A DNA stretch of 64,000 nucleotides from NCBI RefSeq assembly GCF_006345805.1, contig NC_043008.1:17794001-17858000 (forward strand), read 5' to 3'. Source of the DNA: Octopus sinensis. Taxonomy: Eukaryota. Within the stretch, counting starts at the first letter, position 1, and each line of letters begins with the position of its first letter. This document shows, piece by piece, positions 1-12,266 of the stretch. The notes under the pieces were generated by a model. That model worked only from the letters and a program-made list of their open reading frames with translations. It was not told where the DNA came from and made no database searches. The position numbers and the translations under genes were made by a program.

Positions 1-620
1 TCGGTATATTTTCTTCATTGCTACTACCAACATAAACGAACGATTAGTTTAAGGTGGGCACATAAATTTCATTGTGTCGACACATGGCAAATATCTCTGT
101 ATAAAATATAAAACATAATTGCGCACAAACTCTGAGACTGTGTGTCTATTTGTTCGGTTAAACTTATCTTTTGCAACTCCATTCCGGGACTTCTTTCACT
201 GTACAATTTCTTCCAGCTAAACACATTTCTGCCATCAAAACTGCCTCTGCTGGAGATTTTCATCTTTTATCCAGCCACGTAAGGGCCACAAAAGAATATT
301 TGTGATGTGATTGGTTGTGTGTTAATTAATACATAAGGTTTCATACTGCAGTTGTTGGGTGGCTATAAATAACTCTAAGCTATCTCTCTTTGCATGTAGA
401 ATAACCTCTTGTAGATCAAAGGTTGATTTCAGGTTAATGTTATTCATTTCAAATTAATCACGCTGCTGAGCCTTGGGAAATACTTAAACGTCAACATTTT
501 CCGTTTAACTTCATAAAAATATGCAAACAACGTGCCTTGTCGGAATTTTAGTGCACTTAATTCTTATTTCAGTCGAAATACAAAGTGGGCTACATATTCC
601 TGATTCTCATAATTACTCAT

Positions 621-660
621 GTGGAGGCGCAATGGCCCAGTGATTAGGGCAATGGACTCG
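621..660 (+). mobile_element. Isolated 5' head fragment of tRNA-type SINE (family C)
   Basis: gtggaggcgcaatggcccagtgattagggcaatggactcg resembles the A-box head of the longer copy at 41585; the rest is absent. Confidence 0.55.
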
Positions 661-1817
661 AAGCAAACTATTGTTAGATGCAACAGATATGAATGATCTT
701 GCATTTTTCTAAGCAACCACTTCCCTATTTCAGACAACTAGTGTTTGTGATGCTGTTATGTGTTGGTATATCTCAGGCAATATGGAGGAAACTGCATAAG
801 ATAACAAACAGAGTAACGGTGTTAGTAGTCTAGGTAGGAAGGAACATCATGGAATAATATTCCTTTCATTACTGCATCGAAACGACAATGCCCTCACCCT
901 CAAAACCTTCATAGTTACATCCATGGTCAAGGGTCTTGTTTAAAAGCTAAAGTATAAGGGTATCTTAGTATTATTAATTATAAAGTAGCAGGGAATGACA
1001 ATGTGGAGAGGGCAGACATCTGTAAATATGGATCGCTTACGAATTGCTTGCGACAAGATTGGTCTTCGTATAATTTCTCGACTCAAAACTCGTAATATGA
1101 TACGCTTTATCTGCTACGGCGAGCGCTATCAAAACATACATACACACACATTTATGTGTGTGTGTGTGTGCGTGTGTACGTGTAATGTAAGTCCATATAT
1201 GTATGTATATATAAGTTCAAGACTGATTGTTTAAAATCATTTCTAAAGAATCCAGTATAATGTTGATTGTTTTTCTACGTCCACTGTTGAATTATATCTA
1301 TAACAAAATCTCGCTGCCGAATAATTTAACAACTCTGAAGAGATAAATTTTCATCAGTTTGGACGGACATTTCACTTAAAAGGTAATATTTTTACCTAGG
1401 CGTCCTTCGGTAATGCAAATCAGGTCAATAAATCTTGAAGCTTCTGTCTGTATGTATTGACACATACCAAAATAGAGTTGCTAGTCAAACACTGGAGAAC
1501 TTTAGTTGTGTTTGCTTATACCACTTTTTGTTCTTTTTTTCTGATAGAGTTTTATATTGCTGGCATAATTCCAGGTGAATTTAAATCCCTATTCTGCTAT
1601 TCTTTTTCTATTTGATTTTTTTTTTATCGGCTAAACTTTACGTCTGAAAAGAGTCTCGTTTATCGTTTCACATAGATACTGTATCGAGTTTCATTACAGG
1701 CTGTTGGCGATTCCACATATGAAGTATTTAATCCAGTGATTACAATCAAGAATGTTTCGGCCTCTTATGAGACTATGTAGAGTTCTTTGCTTTTTTAGGT
1801 TTTGTTAATTTTTCTTT

Positions 1818-2066
1818 GTGGAGGCGAGTGGCTTAGTGGTTAGGGTGTCAGCATCATGATCGTAAGATTGTGGTTCCGATTCTGGACCGGGCGACGCGTT
1901 TTGTTCTTGAGCAAAGCACTTTATTTCACGTTACTTCAGTCCACCCAGCTGGCAAAAATGAGTAACGCTGCGATGTACTAGCGCCCGTCCAGCTGGGGAA
2001 CACATACGCCATTGAAACCGGGAAACCGGGCCCATGAGCCTGGCTAGGCTTTAAAAGGGCGCATTT
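1818..2066 (+). mobile_element. tRNA-type SINE (family D) with CORE-like central segment
   Basis: A-box-like tggcttagtgg, B-box-like ggttccgattc, central ttgagcaaagcactttatttcacgtt...cagctggcaaaaatgag reminiscent of CORE-SINE cores (recalled similarity), AT-rich tail. Confidence 0.7.
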
Positions 2067-2870
2067 ATTATTTTTTAAATTTTTATTTATTCTACTTTGT
2101 TCAGTTTCTTTGCATTCAAATATAGACGGAATACAGGCTTTTCTTTTCATCTGTAGCCCGAATTATAGCCTAGATTTTATCCTTCTTCAGAGTTTCTGTG
2201 AATGCTGCCCCTATTTTTCTTCAGAGATATCTGCCATATCAACTTCTGCGTTTGTTGATTTTCTAAAAGACAAAACAGTTTTCCCTTTTTTTATGGCTTG
2301 TATAGATATTTATTATTTTCCATTTATTCTTTTCTAGATTTTTTGTAGTCCTATATTTTCTTTGTAGAAAAGATTTCGAATTACATAGAGTCTGTTTTTT
2401 TCCCGTATACTTAGTCAATATAAGCTTTCTGTGCCAGAGTTTGGACGATGTTGTTATTATTATTATTTGTCTTTTTGTTACTCTCTGTAGTCTGAGATGT
2501 TAGCTTAGCAAAGCACTCAACTAACAATAATATCATAATTCATTGACTGGACTATTAAAGCGATGATGTCGATGATATTTTGTGTGTATTTAATGTCTTT
2601 CCTGTTACTTAATAGTCATTTTTAGTTATCTTAGTATGATACACATTCAACACTTACTTGATTTCTAGGTATTTCTAGTTCCTCTTTTTTTCTTGTCTTA
2701 ACGTGTGAGCTTTGTTTATGGTCTTAATTATTTCCCATACAACTCTGTTCCTTGATGTCTAATATATCGCACCTCTCTGTTTCACCAGTATATTCATGTA
2801 ATATTTCCGCGAATATTTCTGGTTGTTTAAGATTTGCAGTGATCAACCTGAGGTGGTATTTAGTCAAATA

Positions 2871-3105
2871 CGAAGGCGGCGAGCTGGCAGAAACGTTAGC
2901 ATGCCGGGCGAAATGCTAACCGGTATTTCGTCTGCTGCTTCGTTCTGAGTTCAAATTCCGCCGAGGTCGACTTTGCCTTTCATCCTTTCGGGGTCGATAA
3001 ATTAAGTACCAGTTACGCACTGGGGTCGATACAATCGACTTAATCCGTTTGTCTGTCCTTGCTTGTCCTCTCTGTGTTTAGCCACTTGTGGGTAGTAAAG
3101 AAGTA
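2871..3105 (+). mobile_element. SINE family A monomer with 14-bp target-site duplication
   Basis: ggcggcgagctggcagaaacgttagc head, gagttcaaattcc B-box, same body as copies at 7551, 38043 and 52831; flanked by ggtatttagtcaaa at 2855-2868 and 3106-3119. Confidence 0.9.
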
Positions 3106-3383
3106 GGTATTTAGTCAAAACATTGATGCTCGTTTTATGGCAGCCTTTTAACCCACATCAAGTTCCGTTTAGCATATCAGTTAATGGTATAGTCACCAAA
3201 GGAATGATGTGAATTTCGCTTAGAATATTATACTGTGCTACAGATATGGTAAGATGTTTGTATTCCATCTCCAGCCCCTATCAGGAAAATTCTTTTCCAG
3301 TTACTTCTGACACGTTTAGTGTATCTTTTCAGCAATGAATCTACCATACTCATAACTAATGTTTCTAGTAACTACGAATAGAA

Positions 3384-3385
<2 letters not shown>

Positions 3386-3448
<63 letters not shown>
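3386..3448. repeat. (TAT/AAT)n microsatellite at the 3' end of the R4/Dong element
   Basis: About 21 perfect trinucleotide units. Confidence 0.95.
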
Positions 3449-3451
<3 letters not shown>

Positions 3452-6400
3452 TAGTTTTATTTTTATAGCGTGCTTTCACTTCACTACCGAGCGCAGCTCT
3501 GTGTGACTTGGGTATGTGCTGTGATTTGTTGTGATGCTCTGATGGTTATTGTATGGAAAGTGTTCTGCGTAGGATGTGTGTAGTGCCTAGTAGTGCAATT
3601 TTCTGTATGTTATATGTGTTTGTAAGTCCTGGTGTTTTTGTTATGTATTTGTCTGAATATTTTTTTATCATGCCTAATGCACCTACTATGATAGGAATTG
3701 TTTCTGTTTTCAGATTCCACATTCTAGTTACCTCTATTTCCAGGTCTTTGTATTTTGAGAGTTTCTCCATTTCTTTTAGAGACACGTTGTCATCAGCCGG
3801 TATTGATACATCAATTAGAAAGCATTTGTTTTCTTCATGATCTCTGACAACTATATCTGGTCTGTTGGCCTTAATTTCTCTATCTGTGTGTATCGGCATA
3901 TCCCAGAGTATGGTTGCTTTCTCGTTTTCTGTGACCTTTTCTGGTGTGTGCCTATACCATCTTTTTTCTGTTGTTATTCCATAATGTTGGCATAGCTTCC
4001 AATGTATGTAGGTTCCAACTCTGTCATTTCTATGAATATATTCCTTCTTAGCCAGGACTGGGCAGCTAGAGATAATATGATTTATTATTTCTTGTCCATC
4101 TCTACATATTCTGCAGTTACTTGTAATATTTCTTTTCATTACATGTTTTTGGTAATTTCTGGTTGGGAGGCTTTGGTCTTGTGCTGCAATTAAAAATCCC
4201 TCTGTTTCTGCTTTGAGTCCTGAGCTTCTCAACCATTGCTGGGATTTTTCTTTGTCTATTTCTTTTGCGTTTAGTTTAGTCCAGTATTTACCATGAAGGG
4301 GCTTTTCTTGCCATCGTTTTATCATGGTTCGTTGCTGTTCTATTTTTAGTTTGGATTTCATTTGTTTTATAGCTTTTGTTGTTTCTTCATCTTCTTCTTC
4401 TTCTCTTCGTTTATTAGGTGGTATGATTTCTTGTTTGTATTTGTCAGCTTCCTTAAATACTGAGAACAGTTTTTTGTCTTGCTCGTGTTTTGCTGCTATC
4501 TGGATCAGTTTTCCTTCCTTCTGAAGTAGGTATTTTTGCAGTCCTATGGTGGTTATTTTATAGTAGTTTTCCAGCTGTATAAGGCCTCTACCACCTTCTA
4601 TACGTTGTATATATAGTCTTTCTATGTCAGATTTTGTGTGATGCATCCTAGATCCTGTCAGTATTTTTCTTGTTTTCCTATCTATTTTGGACAGTTCATT
4701 TCGTGTCCAGTTAAGGATATTGTAGCTGTAACTTATAACTGGGACAGCTAAAGTGTTGATACCTATTATCTTGTTTTTAGCATTGAGCTCTGTTTTTAGT
4801 ATTGATCTAACTCGTCTATAATATTCTTTTTTATTTTCTCTTTCATTTGTGTGTGTTGTGTCTTATCTAGTTCATGGATTCCTAAGTATTTGTAAGTTTG
4901 GCTTTGGTCTAATTCTTTTATTTCATTGGTTTTAGCTAGTTTGATGTTGTTACTCTTAACTAGTTTTCCTCTTTTCATGGTTACTTTGGCGCATTTTTCT
5001 AATCCAAATTTCATATCTATTTCTTTGGTAAATCCATGAACTGTCTTTAATAGTGTTTGCAGCGTATAGTTTTAGGTCATCCATATATAAAAGGTGGCTG
5101 ATCGTTTTGCCTTAACATTTATATCCGCATCCAGTTCTATTTAGTATATCAGATAGAGGTGACAGTGCCAAGCAGAAAAGGAGTGGAGAGAGCGTGTCTC
5201 CCTGGAATATTCCTCTCCTAATGGGGATGTCTTTGGTTTTCATGAGTCCCTCTTTTGTTTGGAGGTGTAGGACTGTTTGCCATTTATTCATAGAGTGCTC
5301 TATGAATTTTATGATTGTTGGTGCTACTTTGTTAATGGCTAGTGTTTCGAGGATCCATGTGTGGGGGATGCTATCAAACGCCTTTTTGTAGTCAATCCAG
5401 GCCATACTGAGGCCTTTCTTCTTTCTGTGGCTGTCTTCAGTTATGGCTTTATTAATCATTAGTTGATCTTTACAGCCATATGAGCCTTTGCGGCATCCTT
5501 TCTGCTCTTCTGGGAACAGTTTGTTTTCGTCCAGGTGCTTGTTCAGCCTTTGCGATATCACTGCAGTAAATGCCTTGAACATAGTAGGGAGGCAGGTTAT
5601 TGGTCTGTAGTTTTCTGGTTTTGCTGTTTCATTTGATTTGGGAATTAAGATGGTTTTCCCCTTCGTGAGCCATTCAGGCATTGTCTCTGGCTCTGCTATT
5701 ATGTTGTTAAAGTTTTCAGCCAGCTTTTTGTGCATTCCTGTTAGATATTTCAACCAGAAGTTGGGGATCTTGCCATGCCCAGGTGCCTTCCAGGTGCTTA
5801 GTTTTTGCAGTGCCTGGGTGACCTCTTCAGTTGTTATGGGGGTCCAAAGTTGTTCAGATGCCGAGTTTGTTATTTTGATACTCCTTTTTTTTGGTTGTTC
5901 GTTCGCCGACCATATTTCTCTCCAGAATTCTTCCAATTCTTCTGCCGTTGGTGCTGCAGTGACTTCTATTTTATTTTTGCCCAGTTCTTGGTAGAACTTT
6001 TTGGGGTTGGAGTTGAACTTTTCGTTTTGTTCAAAGAAGTGTTGGCGTTTCTCGTACCGGCGGATCCTTTGTGCTTTGGCAAGGATATCTTGCTTCAGCT
6101 TTTCTTTTATCTCAGGCAAATCTTTCTCTGTGATGTTATATTTGCGGAGTATTTTTGTTTTCTTTTTGTTGCTCAGTAGCGTTGATTGTTTGCTGATTTC
6201 ATTAAGAATCGACAGGTCTTTTCTAATTTTTTTAATTTTGTTTTGGATGTTATTTATCCACAGGGTTTGTTTGGGTGGTGGTACTCCTGTTTGGGCGGGT
6301 TTGGGTGAGTATCCAGCTTCATTTGTGGCTGCAGTGGCTGCTGCGTATATTAAGTCATTTAGCTCAGTGATATCACTTTTTTTTTGTTTCAGTGGCTATT

Positions 6401-7392
6401 AGTTCAGTGACGGCTAGGTTTATGCTGTTTATAATTGGTGTTGTTATTTCGTTTATTTTGATTCTTGGGAGGTATGGTCGGTGGTCCATTTTGAGCTCTG
6501 TGGTTTTCAGTTCTTTGATTATTTTATTTTTTATATTATCATAATCATTAGGCTCCCCTTCGTTGTTTACATCGTGTTTGTTGGGAATGTTGCGTTTGTC
6601 TTCGTGTTTTACAGTTTCAGTGTTTATATTATTGGGCATTGTTGTGTGGCTTCTATCTACATTTTCCTGGTGTATTTTTTCTTTTAGATGTTCTATTTCT
6701 ATTTCTGATATTTTTTTTGTGTTGAGAATGTATCTTCGTACGTTAGCTAATTTATTAGGGATCATTGCTGTATCCAAGTCTATATCTCTATTATTTTCCT
6801 TCCATATTTTATATGTATGTGTTGTTGTATTTTCATTTTTTGGCTAGATCACTGCTGTGAAGTATGCGAGTAAGATAGAAATGTATTCCTCACGTGTCCA
6901 TTTACGTCTTTTGGGTTTTATTTGCGGGACATGAGGTACAACGTCCGGCCCATTATTTTGACGGTCGTCATTTTCGTAGGGTACCGGTCCGTTTATTTCT
7001 GTTGTCACATTATTTCGCACGTGTAGTTTTTCGTACATTTTTTGTTGTAAGTTTAATGTACGTACCGCTCGATTGTTATTCTTGGGTTGAATAGTATCGG
7101 TGGCATTTAATTTCTTCGTAGTTCCTTTGTACATGGTGTTGGGGTCGGGGATGATCGTGATGTTCCACGCATGTTTACATGTGTTGTGTTAGAGGTGGAG
7201 ATGATATCGAGTCAAAATACATCATTTCGTTTCGAAAATAGTAATAAATTTCAATTAGTATTACTTACTCGGTTACAGTCCAATTCTTTGTTAGTAAATC
7301 TTTGGCTCCATAGGATGTCCTAGTTTTCGATGTTTGTGGATAGATTTCGGAGCTCTGTATTTTCCTTCTTACATCTTAAACGTCCCCCGGTG
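3449..7392 (-). mobile_element. Full-length R4/Dong-clade non-LTR retrotransposon (RLE endonuclease) inserted in (TAA)n
   Basis: Single long ORF architecture with ~260-bp 5' UTR and ~100-bp 3' UTR. N-terminal RRKWTREE motif, RT domain, CCHC knuckle and C-terminal PD-(D/E)xK nuclease. (AAT)n on both sides in element orientation. Confidence 0.9.
3546..7134 (-). pseudogene. Disrupted RT + CCHC + restriction-like endonuclease ORF (~1200 aa if repaired)
   Basis: Motifs ENYRPITCLPTMFK, EEQKGCRKGS, WIDYKKAFDSIPH, GIFQGDTLSPLLF, ISHLLYMDDLKLYA (in frame after the stop at 5112), CRICRDGQEIINHIISSC, RPDIVV...IDVSIP...KYKDL. Lesions seen: TAG at 6844-6846, +1 in an A-run near 6380, TAA at 5112-5114, short deletion near 5060, -1 in an A-run near 4830. 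Confidence 0.9.
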
Positions 7393-7407
7393 TTATTATT
7401 ATTATTA

Positions 7408-7451
<44 letters not shown>

Positions 7452-7456
7452 CATCA

Positions 7457-7492
<36 letters not shown>

Positions 7493-7548
7493 TATTATTA
7501 TTATTATTATTATTATATTATTATTATATTATTATTATTATTATTATT
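7393..7548. repeat. (TAT)n microsatellite between the R4/Dong 5' end and the SINE concatemer
   Basis: Nearly perfect trinucleotide tract with a few interruptions. Confidence 0.95.
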
Positions 7549-7550
7549 AA

Positions 7551-8111
7551 AAGGCGGCAAGCTAGTAGAAAATATCACGCCGGGCGAAATGCGTAGCCGC
7601 ATGTCGTCTGCTGTTACGTTCTGAGTTCAAATTCCGCCTAGGTTTACTTTGCCTTTCATCCTTTCGGGGTCGATGAATTAAGTACCATATATAATCGACT
7701 TAATCCGTTTGTCTGTCCTTGTTTGTTCTCTCTGTGTTTAGCCCCTTGTGGGTAATAAAGAAATTGTTATTTCGTCTGTCGCTACGTTCTGAGTTCAAAT
7801 TCCGTCGAGGTCGACTTTGCCTTTCATCCTTTCGGGGTCGAGAAAGTAAGTACCAGTTACGCACTGGGGTCGATATAATCGTCTTAATCCGATTGTCTGT
7901 CCTCGTTTGTCCTCTCTGTGTTTATCCCCTTGTGGGTAGTAAAGAAATAGGTATTTCGACTGTCTTTACGTTCTGAGTTCAAATTCTTCCGAGGTCGACT
8001 TTGCCTTTCATCCTTTCGGGGTCGATAAATTAAGTACCAGTTGCATACTGGAGTCGTTCTAATCGAGTGGCCCCTTCCCCCAAACTTTGGGCCTTGTGCC
8101 TAGAGTAGAAA
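7551..8111 (+). mobile_element. SINE family A trimeric concatemer
   Basis: One head followed by three body units restarting at (g/t)tatttcg(t/a)ctg near 7768 and 7952 (184-bp period); the last unit ends in an alternative tail ccccttcccccaaactttgggccttgtgcctagagtagaaaa, then (ATT)n to ~8160. Confidence 0.88.
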
Positions 8112-8129
8112 ATATTATTATTATCATTA

Positions 8130-8162
<33 letters not shown>

Positions 8163-10009
8163 GTTGTTGTAGTTACTTTTGTTCTTGTTGTTGCTGTTTT
8201 GTTGGTTATTACTCTTTCTCCTTTTGTTGCTGTTTGCTTTACATTGAAAACGTTCTTTTTAACTGTTCCCCAGGTTTCCTATAGATTTTGATGATTTGTT
8301 TCTCAACTGGATGATATGTATCGCGTAAAAGATATAATACAAAATAAATGAAATCAAAAATAAAAACTTCTGGTTTCGCCCTGTTTGAGTCAAGAAAATA
8401 TAAGCGACATTTTTTAACGCATAAAAATATTCTTTTTGATATTTTTAGATTAGCTGTATCATAAGAAGTTTATTTTATTGCGATGGTAGAAGTAGTATTT
8501 ACACCAGAGGGATTCAACGAACTTAGCAATATTTTTTACAAAATATTAGCAATATTTTTTCGAAGCAAAAAGTAAACTAAACATAAAGATAAAACTACTG
8601 AGAAACAATAAACACACAAGGAGACTGTGTGACAGAAAAAGTTGGCAGTATTCATTTTAAAATGTTCAACTAAAAGGCAGCCATCATCAACATTTGTCTA
8701 ATGAAACTGGCAGCATCTTTGAAAACAATTTTGTTTAAAAGACGAGTGAAAGGTTGCACTCATGACGTTTAGCTATATTTTATAAACTTGAACTTAAAGA
8801 AAGTGATTAGCCGTTCTAACTTAGAAATTATTGAAGATGCCGTTATTATGTATCATAAATAATCCATATATGACTATGAAGCACCATCTTTTTTTCTTTT
8901 TTCTACATGTTTCCTCACCTTATATTTTTAAGCAGCACATTTTTTCTTTGATATACATTCACGAAATTGTGGTACCATGAGATTGGATTGACAATATGCT
9001 TGCATTATTTTCCAAGATTTTTGCGCCTCGAAGTCATATTTGGCCGCAGAAATATTTCCATGTTGTCCTTACTGGATCAATAAAATATACCATTAAACCA
9101 AATTAGGTTGGGTAATTTGTCAGTGCTACGAAAAGGATGAGTTAGTAAATGGGTGCCGAATTCAGTTATTTTTTTTATTCTTGGGTTCTTTTCTTAATGC
9201 TGCTGGTAGTTTAAAACCATTTCTTCATCCTTGGCTCATTTGAGCAGAAAGTAAATGCGCCGAAGATTTGAAATCATCTTCTATTGAAAACTTTCAATAC
9301 AGATCTCCAGCTTGATCATAATCTCTTACTTCCTTCTATCAGTCTCATCTGTCATGAAAAAAAAAATGACTTGTGGATGATGACCTCTTTCTTGTTGAAC
9401 GATAAGAAAAAAGTAAAATGACTCGGGCATTTAAAGAGAACGAACGCATTGTTATCAGCGGAAGAAGAAAGCAACAAATATCGAATGCAAACTATCGTAT
9501 ATTTATTCATTAACCAGACATTCTATCGACGCACGCATCTCTTCAAAGAAAATTGGTTCTATCAAACCAAATCAGACTCTAACAGGATCATTAATTATGC
9601 GTACTAAGCGATAATTATAGTTTTATTCTCTGCTTCATGCAATATAGCTGTCACTACAACTGCCATATTACGAAAAATATTTTAAAATCTTATTGCTCTC
9701 AAGCGAAAAGATATCTTTTAGAATGTGTCTCTTATGTAAATGAAAAATAACCAGAGTTATTTTATTGATTAAACTGGCTAATCGAAAGAATTATACAGCA
9801 CTGTTTATGATTTGGAAACAACATACTTACTATAACTCCAAACGAATAAAAGGACATCGCGGTCAAATCGATAAGAGTATTATTAAAATTTCAGATATGA
9901 TTTTATAGTAAAACAAATTAAATAAATTCGCAATACTTTTGAAATTAATAAACTTTGCGATGGTGTTGAGGATAATAACAACATGGATAATAATTGTGTC
10001 TAACAGACA

Positions 10010-10212
10010 GAAAGCTACAAATTTGGTGAGTAGCTAGGGTCGATTATATTGACCACAGTAATTAAATAGTACTATCAATTGGTACTTTGCATCTATGAGG
10101 GATGAAAGGCAAAGTTGACCCCGGCGGGATTTGAATTCAGTATATCCAGAACTGGAACAGATAACTCGAGATTATGTTTTACGGACGATTCTCCCAGACT
10201 ACCGTCCTTTAA
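10010..10212 (-). mobile_element. Degraded SINE family A copy
   Basis: Reverse complement of gaattcaaatcccgccggggtcaactttgcctttcatccctc and ggtcaatataatcgacc motifs. Confidence 0.65.
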
Positions 10213-11124
10213 AAGTTTCTAACATAGAAATTCCAAGTGAAGGGTTAATCTATTATAATGGTAACAGTACTTGACTATTACATTTTTAGGGATCCTGAAA
10301 TGATGAAACTGAAAATTAAATTCTACATGATTTTAACTGCAGATATAAAGCGTCAGAAAACAGCTGCAAATAATTTTTCCGATGCATTCACGATTCTACG
10401 AATCCATCGATCATACATTACCAGAAGCAAAAACAAAACAAAAATTCTTTATAGGCCAAAAAAAAAAATGAAAAAGCAACAGACAAAACAAAACAGTGGG
10501 TTTCCAATATGTGTACGGCATCTTCGAATTGATGATGCTTTAATTCCGCTCTTGAACCTAAACAACAACTAGTTTTTTTCCTTTGCCATGTTTGATTAAT
10601 TTTCTCTGAAGTAGTTCGTTAATACAACTCCTGGAAATATTACTGTGACGGGAAAAAGTATTCAGTGTTTAATAATCGTGTTTCTAGCACAGACTTAAAT
10701 TAACTGTACAGACCGGGAATCAATGGTCAATGTAACTGGACCTTGGAGTAGAGTGGAGTGAAATTGATCTAAGAATATCTGTTAAACATTGAAAATCGTA
10801 AATAATTGCTCACTGTAGAAATTGCAGCTGTTTGATAAGTTCGTGTTCGTGCATTGGAAAAAGGAAACAGAATCTGCAGAATCTTGGAAGTGCCTAAGCT
10901 ATTTTGGAAATTGTTTGCATCAACTCTGTTTTAGGATTCTCCTGCACAATCTAGGATATCATTTTACTCGCCTAGTGTGAAGCTATAGTAGTGAAGATGT
11001 AAATTATTCGTGTTAATTGCGTTGCTTCAAAATATCATAATCATGATCTATTTGAAGTAGATAAAAAACTTCGCTCTCATAAATGCGTTTATGTTCAAAA
11101 TGTATATATGTATATATGTATATA

Positions 11125-11170
<46 letters not shown>

Positions 11171-11376
11171 CGTGTGTGTGGTGTGTGTGTATGTCTGTGT
11201 GTGTGTGTGTATGTATGTACGTATATAAAGACATACGTGCATACATGCGCACATAAACCATATGCAAATACACATATATATAATTTTATGTACGTTGCCA
11301 GATATAACATATAAGCTTCTAATTTCTTCACGGATATATGTGTGGATGAGAGTCTATGTATGTGCCTCTGTATGAA

Positions 11377-11414
<38 letters not shown>

Positions 11415-11587
11415 CATAAATGTTCTTTTCAAATTTTAATTATTTTGTATCCTACCTCTGAGAAAGGAGCTGGTTTTATTACAGAGATACAAATCTGTAT
11501 CGATGGAGTGTATATATATATATATATATATATAAAACTATGTCAAAACTTGAGAGAAGTCTTGAATAATTTTACTGTTCCACTTAC

Positions 11588-11631
11588 ATATTGTATTTGT
11601 AATATGGGAATTGGATGGGTGATGTCTTTGT
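11588..11631 (-). CDS. Candidate short coding exon (xKDITHPIPILQIQY if phase 1 to 0)
   Basis: Acceptor gggttttcag and donor TAT|gtaagt; 44 nt; phase-compatible with the 17877-18002 exon. All three frames are open, so the frame is not fixed. Confidence 0.3.
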
Positions 11632-11741
11632 CTGAAAACCCTAGCTTATACGAATTGTCACCTAGGTACTTATTCACAAAACCAAGAGTACCACGTGTAA
11701 GCATATGAATAAATATACACTAGCTTATCATGATATTAATA

Positions 11742-12086
11742 TCGTAGTTTATAGGCTGTCATCCGAAGAGAAGTAACTGAAAGTAAGACCGATGACTTAT
11801 TCTTTGAAAGCCTAGTACTTATTCTATAAGTCTCTCTTGCGGAATCACAAAGTGACGGGGGCGTAAACACACCAGCATCGGTTGTCAAGTGATGTTGGGG
11901 GAGACAGATAGAGACACACAAACATACATATACATACATATATATATATATATATACGACGGGCTTCCTTCAGTTACCGTCTACCAAATCCACTCACAAG
12001 GCCTTGGTCGGTTTGAGGCTATAGTTGAAGACACATGCCTAAATTGCCAAACAGAGGGACTGAACCCGTAACCATGTGGTTGGGAA
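11742..12086 (-). mobile_element. SINE family B (internal microsatellite), 5'-truncated
   Basis: Reverse complement of gtgagtggatttggtagacgg...gaagcccgtcg-(TA/TG)n-caaccgatgctggtgtgtttac body; the head is replaced by the hairpin at 12090. Confidence 0.85.
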
Positions 12087-12089
12087 TAT

Positions 12090-12248
12090 GCAGCGCCACC
12101 TACCCAGACAGTCAGATGCAAACATTTCGGAATAGATATCTCCTCTTCCGTCACGGACACCAGGCGCCGCCTGCCTGCTGTTCGAGAACGAAGAGGAGAT
12201 AAGTACTTCGAAATGCTTGCATCTCACTATTTGGATAGGTGGCGCTGC
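12090..12248. repeat. GC-rich inverted repeat (59-bp arms, 41-nt loop); possible palindromic MITE
   Basis: gcagcgccacctacccagacagtcagatgcaaacatttcgg...tatctcctcttc (12090-12148) pairs with gaagaggagata...tcgaaatgcttgcatctcactatttggataggtggcgctgc (12190-12248). Confidence 0.85.
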
Positions 12249-12266
12249 GAGCAGAAATTGATGCAT

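Noticed and set aside
1380-2800. Very old minus-strand LINE remnant suggested by T-rich strand skew
   Set aside because: No convincing RT or endonuclease motif could be read.
5638-6847. Plus-strand ORFs of 94-133 aa over the retrotransposon
   Set aside because: They are antisense shadows of the minus-strand RT ORF.
7135-7392. HDV-like ribozyme in the R4/Dong 5' UTR
   Set aside because: A gctcc/ggagc pairing exists, but I could not fit P1, P3/L3 or the conserved C-N-A-A J4/2 strand.
7551-8111. SINE repeats as a CRISPR-like array or true tRNA genes
   Set aside because: The units are contiguous 184-bp SINE bodies without unique spacers, and the heads have A/B boxes but no complete cloverleaf.
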